DNA of 64,000 nucleotides from an uncultured Eubacteriales bacterium (GCA_900547165.1 URFZ01000001.1:11631-75630), one strand, 5' to 3'. Shown: positions 17,801 through 27,072, counted from the first letter of the stretch. Notes: a model not told the origin generated them from the letters alone. Numbers and translations are program-made.

Positions 17801-19941
17801 CCGAATCTGTTGCTTATTCTGAATGTGCCGTCTTTCACATTTATGGGTTCAACGTAAATAGGCGCGTAGGAAGTTTTCATTTCAAGCGCGTCGGACTGGA
17901 ATGATCTGTCGGCTTTGAGAATACCGTTAAGACTGTACATTCCGAGCAATGCCGCAGCCGACTCCTCGTCTGAAACCCATGACGCGGCATATTTAAGTTC
18001 GTAAAGATCCGCATTATCCGCATTATACGGAGTATCCTTGCAGACCTGAACCGCATTTTTGCTGTCCTTGGGAACGTAGATCGCTTTGTCAACCCAGTTT
18101 GCAAGGAAGCATCCCTGAACGGTATTGTCTGCGGTTATGTAATCGACATATCCGTCAACACCGCCGCCGGAAGAAAGAAGTGCGCTGTCGATATTTTGAA
18201 GAATAATGGGTTTTGTGATTTCTTTATTGGTCAGTATATCGTTGAATTTGTCCATATCCCAACCGGAAGCGGCGATGATGTCTCCGTCGGAGATATAATC
18301 GTCATTGCCGTAATTTTCCTTATCAAGGTCAAGATATGCGTCATATACGATAAGTCTGGAATCGTTTTCTATGAGGTAGTTTTTGATATTGGTCAAAACA
18401 CTGCCCTGTCCGGACTCATTTCCGAGTCCCCAAAGAATAACGGACGGAGCGTTCTTGTCACGCTCAACGACATTCGAAAGGCGATCGAGAAGCGCAGTCT
18501 GCCAAATGCCTTGATCGCCGGGTATGGATTGCTCTTTTTTACTCGAATAAGGTTCGGATTCAAGGTTTATATCGGAAACGACATAAAGACCGTATTCGTT
18601 GCAAAGAGAAATAAACTCACGGCTGAGAGGAACGCCGGGAGATCTGACGGCGTTGATGTTGAGTTCTTTCATCTTTTTGATGTCTTCAATCATTTCATCG
18701 CGTGTCAGGGCTTTGCCGTTGATTGCGCTGAATTCGTAGTAAGTAACACCGAAAAGCGAAACAGTCTGTCCGTTTACGGTAAATATCTGCTTACCGCTGT
18801 CATCGGATGCAAACGCGGCGTCTCTTATTCCGATGCGTTCGCTGACTGTTCCCACCGTCGTTCCGTCAGGCTTTTTAAGAGTATATACCGCAGTATAGAG
18901 ATTGGGTTCCTCCGCGCTCCAAAGTTTAATTCCGTTCACGGTAACGCGTCCGCTGACGGTGGCTGTATATGCGCCGCCCGTTTTATCCGCAGAAAAAGAA
19001 ATATCCGCGCCGAAACGGTAAGGTTCAACAACCGCGGTTCCGTTCTCATCATAAAGAGAAAACTCTGTATACCAACCGTCCTCTTTGTTTACGTATGTAG
19101 ATACGTCTGCGGAAAGATAAAGAAGTGCGCTGCCGTCAAAACCGCCCTCTTTTTTCATATCGACGGTCGATTGAACGGAAAAATCCTTTATCATCGTCTT
19201 TTCGGACAAATACAGATATACGTCTCTGTAAATTCCGCCCATTTTGAGCGTATCCTGCGCTTCGAGCCACGATGCGTCGCAATATTTGAAAACTTTAACG
19301 GCTATCGTGTTCGTTTTTCCCGCTTCTATATAAGGCGTGATTCTGAAATCTTTCGAAGTATAGGAATCTTCGCCGTAGCCGCACATTTTGCCGTTGACAT
19401 AAACGTAGCATGCGCTTTCCACGCCGTCAAAAGATATAAACACCTCTTGACCGTTCCACTCTGCGGGAACATCTATTTCTCTGGTGTAAAGACCTATCTC
19501 GTTCTCCTCGGGGATCTCGGGAGGCGTCAATGCGGACGAATTCCATGTATAATCGTCATATCCGTAATCGGGAGAAGAGAATCCCTGCGTTTCCCAATTG
19601 CCGGGCACGCGAATGGTATTCCACGAACTCGAATCAAAGTCCTTGTTCTGGAACCCGGCGGGAATGTCGCCTTCTTTCGTAACGAGATTGAATTTCCACT
19701 CGCCGTTCAAACTCAGATAACGAGAAGAAGCCTTTATATCGGCTTTCAAAGCCTCGTCAATGCTGTCGTAAGAAACTATCGGAGAATGAGCGAGTTCCTT
19801 GTTTCGGGAAACAACGGAAGCGTTGTTCTTCCACTCACTGTTTTCGTCAAGTCCCGCACTGCCTTTACCGCACGCGAAAAGAGACGCGCACAGACAAACA
19901 ACAACAGCGCAGACAGCGGCTGCCTTTAACCAATGTTTCAT
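14893..19941 (-). CDS. Giant GH2-family glycosidase lipoprotein (beta-galactosidase-like) with C-terminal ricin-type lectin repeats
   Basis: The start is ATG 19941, 8 nt after GGAGG. The signal is MKHWLKAAAVCAVVVCLCASLFAC (lipobox). GH2 blocks seen: LNGEWKFNL, WNTIRVPGNWETQGF, PSVILWGLGNESG. A LacZ small-chain-like block is TRWLALTDESGTGVLV. The C-terminal approx. 350 aa carry QxW motifs (PWQMWYY, SQTWVF, NQKWNL). Length is 1682 aa. Confidence 0.85.
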   Translation of the reverse strand: MKHWLKAAAVCAVVVCLCASLFACGKGSAGLDENSEWKNNASVVSRNKELAHSPIVSYDSIDEALKADIKASSRYLSLNGEWKFNLVTKEGDIPAGFQNKDFDSSSWNTIRVPGNWETQGFSSPDYGYDDYTWNSSALTPPEIPEENEIGLYTREIDVPAEWNGQEVFISFDGVESACYVYVNGKMCGYGEDSYTSKDFRITPYIEAGKTNTIAVKVFKYCDASWLEAQDTLKMGGIYRDVYLYLSEKTMIKDFSVQSTVDMKKEGGFDGSALLYLSADVSTYVNKEDGWYTEFSLYDENGTAVVEPYRFGADISFSADKTGGAYTATVSGRVTVNGIKLWSAEEPNLYTAVYTLKKPDGTTVGTVSERIGIRDAAFASDDSGKQIFTVNGQTVSLFGVTYYEFSAINGKALTRDEMIEDIKKMKELNINAVRSPGVPLSREFISLCNEYGLYVVSDINLESEPYSSKKEQSIPGDQGIWQTALLDRLSNVVERDKNAPSVILWGLGNESGQGSVLTNIKNYLIENDSRLIVYDAYLDLDKENYGNDDYISDGDIIAASGWDMDKFNDILTNKEITKPIILQNIDSALLSSGGGVDGYVDYITADNTVQGCFLANWVDKAIYVPKDSKNAVQVCKDTPYNADNADLYELKYAASWVSDEESAAALLGMYSLNGILKADRSFQSDALEMKTSYAPIYVEPINVKDGTFRISNRFGFTDAGSKFTVSYSVSNGVSGNIDISSLKAGQTLDITLDYGTVDSSADVFVTVSVKYNEVPAWARDGYDGTLFSVQYDVTGNGAPVKNGGSTDVSGSALTLDIFRAPDISTINTDLANGTIYVTNYCSEAFDDIFTLKYIVVETNNFCNDPKAVVYASGKVNTGLAGYTKDGTVKLPFSVKAVENGSYEVVISVTTKKAFGDIPAGYELLYNFNSGTLGSEIPFPVDSSRTPEPVIDETTGEQQIDEKGNRVWVNGDPGLTEYTSSTVYYSAPDEVNPTPAPYIRLSNSRVTIEIDSDSGLINKYTVDGKDVFATADSENGIKASTIGSLYRNPTGGDYVSGTANNSKALSNFDFGNLKKFLNGLVSVRKTDDGHYRMSLRYSLPVSDGGNVSNLASRNTEYAVVYDFYPNGVMNISSAYSLNAESAVPLSISSILTMSSDLTKATWYGRGPGETYGDKLYNSTVDVFSSSVSDLVPSYLFANGGDRSQTRWLALTDESGTGVLVTSDTNNFAFNLSKQYPHSLAAYASDSMNNPYTVLSIIGAQSGCSVPSTSDQAYLVSDSSIEPGSVLSFSYRIVPVSTTDVSAYKAESAKTLSSAGKASVSRNSLADGQSYSLRDLASGQYISAADNELSVLEGLGSANQRFQIERTDSSSIYIKCTANNLYMTAVGVSTRKAPSIEVGFAPLDTEKTPWQMWYYSTNQLACERLTEYSLSVMQTATFPGARVAMSNIQGNDSAYWTINYEIGNSEFATIRNNNSGLYLTYVDRVTYSSSSLAALDRRTMGYAPDIDWSVYQTAEDLAASSSNFAKTTGRITQCELLPADSQTWVFVAEGESDYRIYNTSNGMYLGVRTVDGVSSLVLYDATNADEEPASLVWRIRNRGGVYSIINVDTDLALQTTLKRVKLTQAEMDRDFISDPEKAFKNTYVLTLAKWSGKVNQKWNLASDNDRKVSVQIGSEWYVDGIEEQK

Positions 19942-19972
19942 CAAAAAAACCTCCATTTGCTTTCGGGGACCC

Positions 19973-20013
19973 AACGCGAAAGAACCGATTTTCGTAAAAA
20001 TCGGAATCGCGTT
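19973..20013 (-). promoter_or_regulatory. Long imperfect palindrome in the GH2 promoter/leader region
   Basis: The plus strand reads AACGCGAAAGAACCGATTTTCGTAAAAATCGGAATCGCGTT. It has an outer stem AACGCGA/TCGCGTT and an inner stem CCGATTTT/AAAATCGG. It lies between TATAAT-like boxes (20014..20035, minus strand) and the SD. Confidence 0.35.
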
Positions 20014-20328
20014 AATTATATATAGAATTATAACAGAAAAGAAGATGAAATGCAAGAAAACAGCGTTACGGGACAACGACGAAAAATCGATATGTATATA
20101 CCGCGATTTTTGTTCAACATCAACAATAAAAAATGCAGAAGCAGACACATCAGATATGTATTCAGCACATTTCCGCGCACACAAAACTGTATCATTTCAA
20201 CAAAATATTCCGAACTTTCGGTGAAACCCGTCATTTTTATTTCAAATTCAAAAAAACTGCGTCAGACAGAGTGAAAAAAGCGCCGAATGTCAACAAATTC
20301 GACAATTATGAAAACTCATTGACAAAAG

Positions 20329-20357
20329 TGAGGGTTTGATATATAATGAAGATAATT
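20329..20357 (+). promoter_or_regulatory. Consensus sigma-A promoter of proS
   Basis: TTGACA-17 nt-TATAAT. The leader to ATG 20384 is only about 20 nt, which leaves no room for a T-box. Confidence 0.7.
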
Positions 20358-20383
20358 ATTATATATTATTGAGGTTGAGCAAT

Positions 20384-21817
20384 ATGGCTGAAAAACTTGT
20401 TAAAGACATAACTTCGATGGACGAAGATTTTGCAAAATGGTACACCGACATTGTGCTGAAAGCGGAACTTGTCGATTATTCGTCCGTCAAGGGCTGTGTG
20501 GTATTCAGACCTTACAGTTATGCTATTTGGGAAAATATACAAAAAGACCTTGACGCAAGATTCAAGGCAACGGGGCACGAAAACGTATATATGCCTATGT
20601 TCATTTCGGAGAGTCTTCTTCAAAAGGAAAAAGATCATGTTGAGGGATTTGCGCCCGAAGTTGCGTGGGTAACGCACGGCGGAAGCGAACAGTTGCAGGA
20701 AAGACTATGCGTCAGACCGACTTCCGAAACGCTTTTCTGCGAACACTATTCACATATTATACATTCGCACAGAGATCTGCCGAAACTTTACAACCAATGG
20801 TGCAGCGTTGTGCGTTGGGAAAAGACGACGCGTCCTTTCCTGCGTTCGAGGGAGTTCCTGTGGCAGGAAGGACATACGGCGCACGCGACCGCGGAAGAGG
20901 CAATAGCGGAAACGGAAAGAATGCTTAACGTTTACGCCGATTTCTGCGAAGAGTCTCTGGCTATGCCCGTTGTCCGCGGCAGAAAGACCGAAAGCGATAA
21001 ATTCGCAGGCGCGGAAGCGACGTATTGCATAGAGGCGCTTATGCATGACGGAGTGGCTCTGCAAGCGGGAACTTCGCACTATTTCGGGGACGGTTTTGCA
21101 AGGGCGTTCGGCATTCAGTATACTGATAAAAACAACACTCTTCAATACGTTCACCAGACTTCATGGGGCGTTACCACAAGACTTATCGGTGCGGTTATAA
21201 TGGTTCACGGAGACGACAACGGTCTTGTTCTGCCTCCCGCAATCGCTCCGATTCAGGCGGTAATAATACCCATTGCGATGCACAAACCCGGAGTTACGGA
21301 AAAAGCGCAGGAACTCGAAGCCGCGCTCAAAGCCGCAGGCATCAGAGTTAAATGTGACCTTAGCGAACAGTCGCCCGGTTGGAAATTCTCCGAATATGAA
21401 ATGAGAGGCGTTCCCGTTCGTATAGAAGTCGGTCCCAGAGATATCGAAAACGGAACGTGCGTTGTCGCGTGCAGAGACAACGGCGAAAAAACAACGGTGG
21501 CTCTTGACGAACTTGCAAATGTCGTTTCGGGCCTTATGACGACCGTAAGAGACAGAATGTATGAAAAAGCGCTTGCGAGACGCAACGCAATGACTTATAC
21601 TGCAACCACCCAAGAGGAACTTGCGGAAATAGTCAAAGACAAACAGGGATTTGTTAAAATGATGTGGTGCGGAGACGAGGCGTGCGAAGACGAGATAAAA
21701 GAAAAGTACGGTGTCGGCACGCGCTGCATTCCGTTTGAGCAAGAGCATATTTCCGACAAGTGCGTTTGCTGCGGAAAGCCCGCAAAGCATCTTGTTTACT
21801 GGGGTAAAGCGTATTAA
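20384..21817 (+). CDS. proS: Proline--tRNA ligase, archaeal/eukaryote-like short form
   Basis: [50 protein letters not shown]... Class II motifs are present and there is no bacterial INS domain. The Cys-rich C-terminal domain ends in ...VYWGKAY. Length is 477 aa from ATG 20384. Confidence 0.9.
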   Translation: MAEKLVKDITSMDEDFAKWYTDIVLKAELVDYSSVKGCVVFRPYSYAIWENIQKDLDARFKATGHENVYMPMFISESLLQKEKDHVEGFAPEVAWVTHGGSEQLQERLCVRPTSETLFCEHYSHIIHSHRDLPKLYNQWCSVVRWEKTTRPFLRSREFLWQEGHTAHATAEEAIAETERMLNVYADFCEESLAMPVVRGRKTESDKFAGAEATYCIEALMHDGVALQAGTSHYFGDGFARAFGIQYTDKNNTLQYVHQTSWGVTTRLIGAVIMVHGDDNGLVLPPAIAPIQAVIIPIAMHKPGVTEKAQELEAALKAAGIRVKCDLSEQSPGWKFSEYEMRGVPVRIEVGPRDIENGTCVVACRDNGEKTTVALDELANVVSGLMTTVRDRMYEKALARRNAMTYTATTQEELAEIVKDKQGFVKMMWCGDEACEDEIKEKYGVGTRCIPFEQEHISDKCVCCGKPAKHLVYWGKAY

Positions 21818-21844
21818 TTCATTTTATGTTACGGAGGAGCCGAA

Positions 21845-22219
21845 GTGGGAAGTAAAAGACTGATATTGCACAGAAAAACGATGAAGAAAATCAATATTGC
21901 ACTCTGCGTGATCATTGCAATTCTTGTCGTCACTCTTATGTTTTTGCTGATGAAGCGCAAAGAAGCGATAATGCAGACTGACAACGCAAGACTGACATAT
22001 GAAGACGCAAAGACAAAGTATTCATATGAAGGCTTGGTGAAGCAGGAAACAGAGTTGCAGCAGCAGTTGGACAAACTCAATTCAGATATATCGGACAGAA
22101 ACGATGAGATAAACGATTTCAACGACATGATATCGAAAGCCGAAGCCAGAGAGAATGCGGCAGACAGATTCAACGATTTGGCTGAAATGTATCTGAAACT
22201 TCTCAACGACGGACAGTAA
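21845..22219 (+). CDS. Small membrane-anchored coiled-coil protein
   Basis: GTG start after GGAGGAG. One TM (INIALCVIIAILVVTLMFLLM) is followed by a heptad-rich acidic region (ETELQQQLDKLNSDISDRNDEINDFNDMISKAEA). Confidence 0.5.
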   Translation: MGSKRLILHRKTMKKINIALCVIIAILVVTLMFLLMKRKEAIMQTDNARLTYEDAKTKYSYEGLVKQETELQQQLDKLNSDISDRNDEINDFNDMISKAEARENAADRFNDLAEMYLKLLNDGQ

Positions 22220-22233
22220 CGGAGATTGAACCG

Positions 22234-22665
22234 ATGGGAAAAACGAAAATAAAGAAAAAATATTCGAGATCCGCATATAAAACTGTCTTGACAGTGTTTT
22301 GCGGGGTCATCATAATCCTTGTCATCGCTTGCATTCTTCTAATTCACTCCGTAAACGAAAAGAAGTCCGAATATGACGAGTATCTGAAAATGACTAATTC
22401 GGTCTCCGCGGAAAAAAATCTTGACGACAAGTCAAAAGATGTTTATGAAAGCATCAGAGAAAAGAACTCCATGCTGAAAGACCTGAAAACGTCTCTTTCG
22501 GAAAGAACTACCCGCAGAGAAGAACTCAAATCCCAGGCAACGGACAAGAACAACAACGCAGCGGAAGCGGAAGCAAAAATGGCTCAGTATATGAAAGAAC
22601 TCGGTTTTTCGAGTTATGAGGAACTGCTTGCGGCTTACAACGATTTGCTAAAAGAAAACAGATAA
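22234..22665 (+). CDS. Small membrane-anchored coiled-coil protein (same architecture as 21845..22219)
   Basis: Basic N-terminus, one TM (VLTVFCGVIIILVIACILLI), a coiled-coil-like region, and a similar C-terminal ending (AAYNDLLKENR versus EMYLKLLNDGQ). Confidence 0.5.
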   Translation: MGKTKIKKKYSRSAYKTVLTVFCGVIIILVIACILLIHSVNEKKSEYDEYLKMTNSVSAEKNLDDKSKDVYESIREKNSMLKDLKTSLSERTTRREELKSQATDKNNNAAEAEAKMAQYMKELGFSSYEELLAAYNDLLKENR

Positions 22666-22730
22666 AGAGGAAACATTCAACGCGTCTGCGCATATTATTA
22701 TTGAGAAATAATCATGCGGAGGCGCGTAAA

Positions 22731-23768
22731 ATGATAATCGACACTTTTTTATCTGCAAACACAACGAAAGGCTTCGTATCGCTTTACGGAGACTTTCTGA
22801 AAGGGAAAAAGCAGTATATCATCAAGGGCGGTCCGGGGACGGGCAAAAGCACTTTGATGAAAAACATCGGCGCGTATGCGGAAAACGAGGGTGAAGACGT
22901 CGAATATATCCGTTGTTCGTCCGACCCCGATTCACTTGACGGAGTGTGGCTGAAAAAGCACAATGTCGCGGTATGCGACGGCACGGCACCGCACGTTCTC
23001 GAGCCTGAAAACGTAGGCTGTCTAGGCGGAATAATCAACATCACGGACTGTTGGGACGAAAAAGCGCTGACGGAAGCAACGGAAGAAATACTTCTCATAA
23101 AAGACAAAACCGCAAAAGCATACAGAAGCGCATACGGATACCTCGAAGCCGCGGGCAAAATACTTGATACGACATTTGCGGACGCAACGGAAAAAGAGGA
23201 AAGACGAATAAGGGGAACGGCGGAAGATTTTTGCGGGACGTTCCTGAAAAAAAAGAAGAAAAACTGCGAACCGATATTTGAAAAGCGCTTTCTGTCAACT
23301 TTTTCATATAAAGGCGCAACCGCGTTTTACGAAACGTTCGAAACACTTGCCGATAAAATTTATACTTTGCCCTATGCCTGCGGAGCGGCAAACCTTGCGA
23401 TAGCGCGGATAGCGGAAGAAGCGAATAACAAACTCTATCCCGTCACGGTATTTGCAGATCCTCTTTTGCCGCAGACGGTAATGGGCGCGGTCTTTCCGAC
23501 GGAAAAATTGGCTGTGCTTGCGCTCAGTCCCACATTCGAAGCGGCGGAAACAAAAGAGTTTGCCCCGTTCCGAGGTTCGACGCTGACGGACATAACGGAC
23601 GGTGCGGCAGACGGCGCGTGCGGGATCTTGTTTGAACAGGCAACGGATAAATTAAAGAACGCAAAGGCGCACCATGACGCGCTTGAAAGAATATTTATTA
23701 AAAATATGGATTTTGAAAAAGTCGGAAGGATCACGGCATCTTTGATGACGAGGATATTTTCCGAATAA
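22731..23768 (+). CDS. P-loop NTPase of unknown function (PRK06851-like layout)
   Basis: ATG 22731 lies 8 nt after GGAGG. The N-terminal NTTKGFVSLYGDFL is followed by Walker A IIKGGPGTGKSTLMKNIG. Length is 345 aa. Confidence 0.65.
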   Translation: MIIDTFLSANTTKGFVSLYGDFLKGKKQYIIKGGPGTGKSTLMKNIGAYAENEGEDVEYIRCSSDPDSLDGVWLKKHNVAVCDGTAPHVLEPENVGCLGGIINITDCWDEKALTEATEEILLIKDKTAKAYRSAYGYLEAAGKILDTTFADATEKEERRIRGTAEDFCGTFLKKKKKNCEPIFEKRFLSTFSYKGATAFYETFETLADKIYTLPYACGAANLAIARIAEEANNKLYPVTVFADPLLPQTVMGAVFPTEKLAVLALSPTFEAAETKEFAPFRGSTLTDITDGAADGACGILFEQATDKLKNAKAHHDALERIFIKNMDFEKVGRITASLMTRIFSE

Positions 23769-23783
23769 CGGAGACGAACGAGA

Positions 23784-24815
23784 TTGATATACAAAGCAAC
23801 GGAAGAAAACATAGCAAAAGCGGGAAAAATATTGAGAAACGGCGGCGTCGTCGCAATTCCGACGGAAACGGTATACGGGCTTGCGGCGAACGCGCTTGAC
23901 GAAAAGGCTGTTGCAAAAATATTCGCGGCAAAGGGCAGACCCGCAGACAACCCGCTCATCGTGCATATAACCGACGCAAAAGATATTGAAAAATACGCAT
24001 ATCCGAACGAAAAAGCGGCGGCACTCGCAAAAAAGTTCTGGCCCGGACCTTTGACGATGATACTTCCGAAAAAGGACTGCATCCCCGATATTGTCAGCGC
24101 AGGACTTGACACCGTGGCTATACGCTGCCCGTCCCACCCCGTGGCAAGAGCGATAATAAATGCGGCGGAAGTTCCCCTTGCGGCGCCGAGCGCCAACATC
24201 AGCGGAAAGCCGAGCGCAACGACGGCAAAACACGTTTTGAAAGATTTCGGAGAAAATATTGACGCTGTCATAGACGGCGGAACGTGTGACTGCGGAGTGG
24301 AATCAACGGTTGTGACCGTGGCGACCGAGCCGCCCGTGCTGTTGAGACCCGGATTTGTAACACCGGAACAATTGCGCGAAATATTGCCTGACTTAAAAAT
24401 CGCGGAAGCCGTTACAAAAGAATTGCCAGCAGGAGCAAAAGTGCTGTCCCCCGGAATGAAGCACAAGCATTATGCCCCGAAAGCGGAAGCATACGCGGTG
24501 CTCGGAAGTCCGGAAAAAGCGACGAGGTTTATTCTCAACCGTATTTCAAAAGATAAACGAACGGCGGTTATATGCTTCGACGGAGAAGAAAAAGCGTTCA
24601 AAGACGTTTCCGAAGTATTTCCCTACGGTGCAGCGGACGACAGCGAACGGCAGGCGGCGAAACTTTTCGATCTGCTCCGCGAACTTGACGACGACGGCAT
24701 TGAAGAAGTTTATATCAGAGCGGGAAAAACATCGGGTGTCGGACTTGCGGTTTACAACAGGCTTATAAGAGCGTGTGAATTCAGAATATTCGACGCTGAC
24801 GGAGAAAACCGATGA
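23784..24815 (+). CDS. tsaC: L-threonylcarbamoyladenylate synthase (Sua5/YwlC long form)
   Basis: GGVVAIPTETVYGLAANALDEKAVAKIFAAKGRPADNPLIVHI plus a C-terminal Sua5 domain. TTG start. Confidence 0.9.
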   Translation: MIYKATEENIAKAGKILRNGGVVAIPTETVYGLAANALDEKAVAKIFAAKGRPADNPLIVHITDAKDIEKYAYPNEKAAALAKKFWPGPLTMILPKKDCIPDIVSAGLDTVAIRCPSHPVARAIINAAEVPLAAPSANISGKPSATTAKHVLKDFGENIDAVIDGGTCDCGVESTVVTVATEPPVLLRPGFVTPEQLREILPDLKIAEAVTKELPAGAKVLSPGMKHKHYAPKAEAYAVLGSPEKATRFILNRISKDKRTAVICFDGEEKAFKDVSEVFPYGAADDSERQAAKLFDLLRELDDDGIEEVYIRAGKTSGVGLAVYNRLIRACEFRIFDADGENR

Positions 24816-25417
24816 TTACGATAGGTTTGACGGGACAGACCGGAGCGGGCAAATCGACTTTTGCCGATTATCTGCGCAGAAAATACGGTTTTGTCCACAT
24901 AGACACGGACAAGATCTCACGCGAAGTTATAAAAACAAAGACCGCGGAACTTGCCGCAATGTTCGGAAGCGAAGTGCTGAACCCCGACGGAACGCCGAAC
25001 AGAAAGATGATTGCAAAAAGGGCGTTTTCATCAAAGGAGAACACGGACGCGCTGAACCGAATAATGCACCCCGCAATTATGCAAACGGTTGAAAAGATGA
25101 TTTCCGATGCAGAGAAAAACGGAGCGGTGGGCGCAATCGTGGACGGAGCGGCTCTTATTGAAAGCGGCTCGATAAAGACGTTTGACACATCGGTTTGCGT
25201 CGTTGCAGACAGAGAGGTCCGCAAGCGCAGAATAATCGAACGGGACAACCTTTCCGAGGAAGATGCGGAAACGCGGTTAAACGGTCAGAAAGACGACTCT
25301 TTTTATATATCCAACACGGAGCATAAAACAGTCAACAACAGTCTTGCCGAACTTGAAAAACAGGCAGACGAGCTGATGAAGAAATACAATATTTATCCTG
25401 TCAAGGAGGAAAAATAA
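24812..25417 (+). CDS. coaE: Dephospho-CoA kinase
   Basis: MITIGLTGQTGAGKSTFADYL (P-loop), 201 aa, with a 4-nt overlap with tsaC. Confidence 0.9.
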   Translation: MITIGLTGQTGAGKSTFADYLRRKYGFVHIDTDKISREVIKTKTAELAAMFGSEVLNPDGTPNRKMIAKRAFSSKENTDALNRIMHPAIMQTVEKMISDAEKNGAVGAIVDGAALIESGSIKTFDTSVCVVADREVRKRRIIERDNLSEEDAETRLNGQKDDSFYISNTEHKTVNNSLAELEKQADELMKKYNIYPVKEEK

Positions 25418-25418
25418 A

Positions 25419-26789
25419 ATGAGTGAACTCAGTTTCAAACAAAAAGAAACGTTCTCTTCCATGAGTGAAGAAGAACTGATTGCGGCGCAGAGATTTTGCG
25501 AAGATTACAAAAAATTTCTCGACGCTTCGAAAATCGAATACTACGGCGTGAAAAATGCCGTTGCGGAGGCTGAAAAGGCGGGTTTTGTTCCGTTCGAATA
25601 CGGCAAAAAGTATTCGGCGGGAGACAAGATATATCACGTCCAGAAAGGTCATGCCGCGATTTTTGCAACGATAGGCAGAGCACCTTTTGAAGAAGGTTTC
25701 AACCTTGTTGCGGCGCACGTTGACTGCCCCAGACTTGACCTCAAACTCAGCCCGCTTTACGAGGACGGCGGTCTTTGCCTGTTGAAAACCCATTATTACG
25801 GCGGAATCCTCAAATACCAATGGGTAACAAATCCGCTTATGCTTATAGGCGCAGTCTACAAAAAGGACGGTTCCGTTGTCGAGATAAACATCGGCGGAGA
25901 TGACAGCGACCCCGTTTTCTGCATTTCGGACTTGCTTCCGCATCTCGGAAAAGATCAGGCGGGCAAAAAACTTTCGGAAGCGTTCACGGGTGAAGACCTG
26001 AACATCATCGCGGGTTCACGTCCCGACGCGGAAGAAGAAAAAGATAAGATAAAGACCACGGTGCTTAAACTTCTCAACGAGAAATACGGTATAAACGAGG
26101 AAGACCTGCTGACCGCAGAAATTTCCGCGGTTCCCGCAGGAAAGGCAAGAGACCTCGGTCTTGACAGAAGCATGATACTTGCGTTCGGACACGACGACAG
26201 AGTTTGTGCATATCCCGCATTCAAGGCGCTGCTTGACGCGGGCGTTCCCAACAAAACGGCGGTTTGCGTTTTTGCGGACAGAGAAGAAGTCGGCAGTATG
26301 GGCGTTACGGGTCTCCGCAGCGATTATCTGAAAAACTTTATCGAAGAACTCTGTGTAAACGCTTCGCAGAATGTCAGAAAAGCACTTGCGAACTCTGCGG
26401 CTATATCCTCAGACGTAACGGCGGCGTTCGACCCCGATTTCGCTTCGGCTTTCGAGAAGAACAACACCGCATACCTGAACAAGGGCTGTGCAATATGCAA
26501 ATTCACGGGCGCAAGAGGTAAGTCGGGTTCTTCCGAAGCTTCGGCGAGATTTATCGCAAAACTTTGCGCGATATTCGATAAAAACGATGTTGTTTATCAG
26601 TTCGGTGAACTCGGAAAAGTTGACCAGGGCGGCGGTGGAACTGTTGCACAGTTCTTGGCGGACAAAGACATCGAAAACGTCGATATCGGAGTTCCCCTGC
26701 TCTCAATGCACGCACCTTACGAAATCGCGGCGAAGAACGACATCTATATGATGTACAAATCTTCTCTCGTATTCTACAAAGAGTTTTAA
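25419..26789 (+). CDS. M18-family aminopeptidase
   Basis: NLVAAHVDCPRLDLK, THYYGGILKYQW, ILAFGHDDRVCAY, VFADREEVGSMG, LSMHAPYE: the metal-ligand blocks of M18/M42-type aminopeptidases. Confidence 0.85.
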   Translation: MSELSFKQKETFSSMSEEELIAAQRFCEDYKKFLDASKIEYYGVKNAVAEAEKAGFVPFEYGKKYSAGDKIYHVQKGHAAIFATIGRAPFEEGFNLVAAHVDCPRLDLKLSPLYEDGGLCLLKTHYYGGILKYQWVTNPLMLIGAVYKKDGSVVEINIGGDDSDPVFCISDLLPHLGKDQAGKKLSEAFTGEDLNIIAGSRPDAEEEKDKIKTTVLKLLNEKYGINEEDLLTAEISAVPAGKARDLGLDRSMILAFGHDDRVCAYPAFKALLDAGVPNKTAVCVFADREEVGSMGVTGLRSDYLKNFIEELCVNASQNVRKALANSAAISSDVTAAFDPDFASAFEKNNTAYLNKGCAICKFTGARGKSGSSEASARFIAKLCAIFDKNDVVYQFGELGKVDQGGGGTVAQFLADKDIENVDIGVPLLSMHAPYEIAAKNDIYMMYKSSLVFYKEF

Positions 26790-26807
26790 TTTTATAAGAA
26801 AAAAGCA

Positions 26808-26845
26808 CAGAGGCAACACGGTTTTCGTGTTGCCTCTGTTTTTTG
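26808..26845 (+). terminator. Intrinsic terminator
   Basis: CAGAGGCAACACG-GTTTT-CGTGTTGCCTCTG is followed by TTTTTTGG. Confidence 0.8.
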
Positions 26846-27072
26846 GTGGCTGTTAAAAAAGTCCAGACCGCAAAAAAAGCTGAAAAATACAAAAAAAGCA
26901 ATGGTCTAAAAGATAAGCAGAATAACTCAAAACAACAAATTTTGTACTTTTTTCATTAAACCGGGAGAATATGCCTTTTTTGCTACGGGCGAATCTCACC
27001 TCTCGACGTACCTATGTACGCCTTCGGATTCGATTCCCCCATTCTGAACATCTTTTCCTATCCCCCAACTGC

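Noticed and set aside
18196-19929. 577-aa plus-strand ORF.
   Set aside because: It is antisense to the N-terminal GH2 catalytic region, which carries unmistakable GH2 motifs on the other strand.
19942-20184. 81-codon N-terminal extension of the GH2 ORF in the track (start at 20184).
   Set aside because: The extension has no SD and is hydrophobic junk. ATG 19941 has GGAGG 8 nt upstream and begins a textbook lipoprotein signal peptide. Promoter-like TATAAT boxes lie inside the extension.
20185-20383. Search for a T-box leader upstream of proS, and likewise upstream of cysE/cysS at 35110..35127.
   Set aside because: The proS promoter leaves only about 20 nt of leader. cysE starts 16 nt after pgsA. 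No specifier-loop or T-box (AGGGTGGTACCGCG-like) sequence is present.
23435-24466. 343-aa minus-strand ORF rich in Ser/Ala/Phe.
   Set aside because: It is antisense to the P-loop NTPase 3' end and tsaC. It is low-complexity and a shadow frame.
27030-27066. tRNA-like T-loop string CGGATTCGATTCCCCCATTCTGAACA, a possible tRNA 3' fragment or att site.
   Set aside because: The 5' side of the would-be T stem (TCGGA) cannot pair with CCCCC. There is no CCA, no matching tRNA in the window and no integrase. It is judged a chance resemblance.
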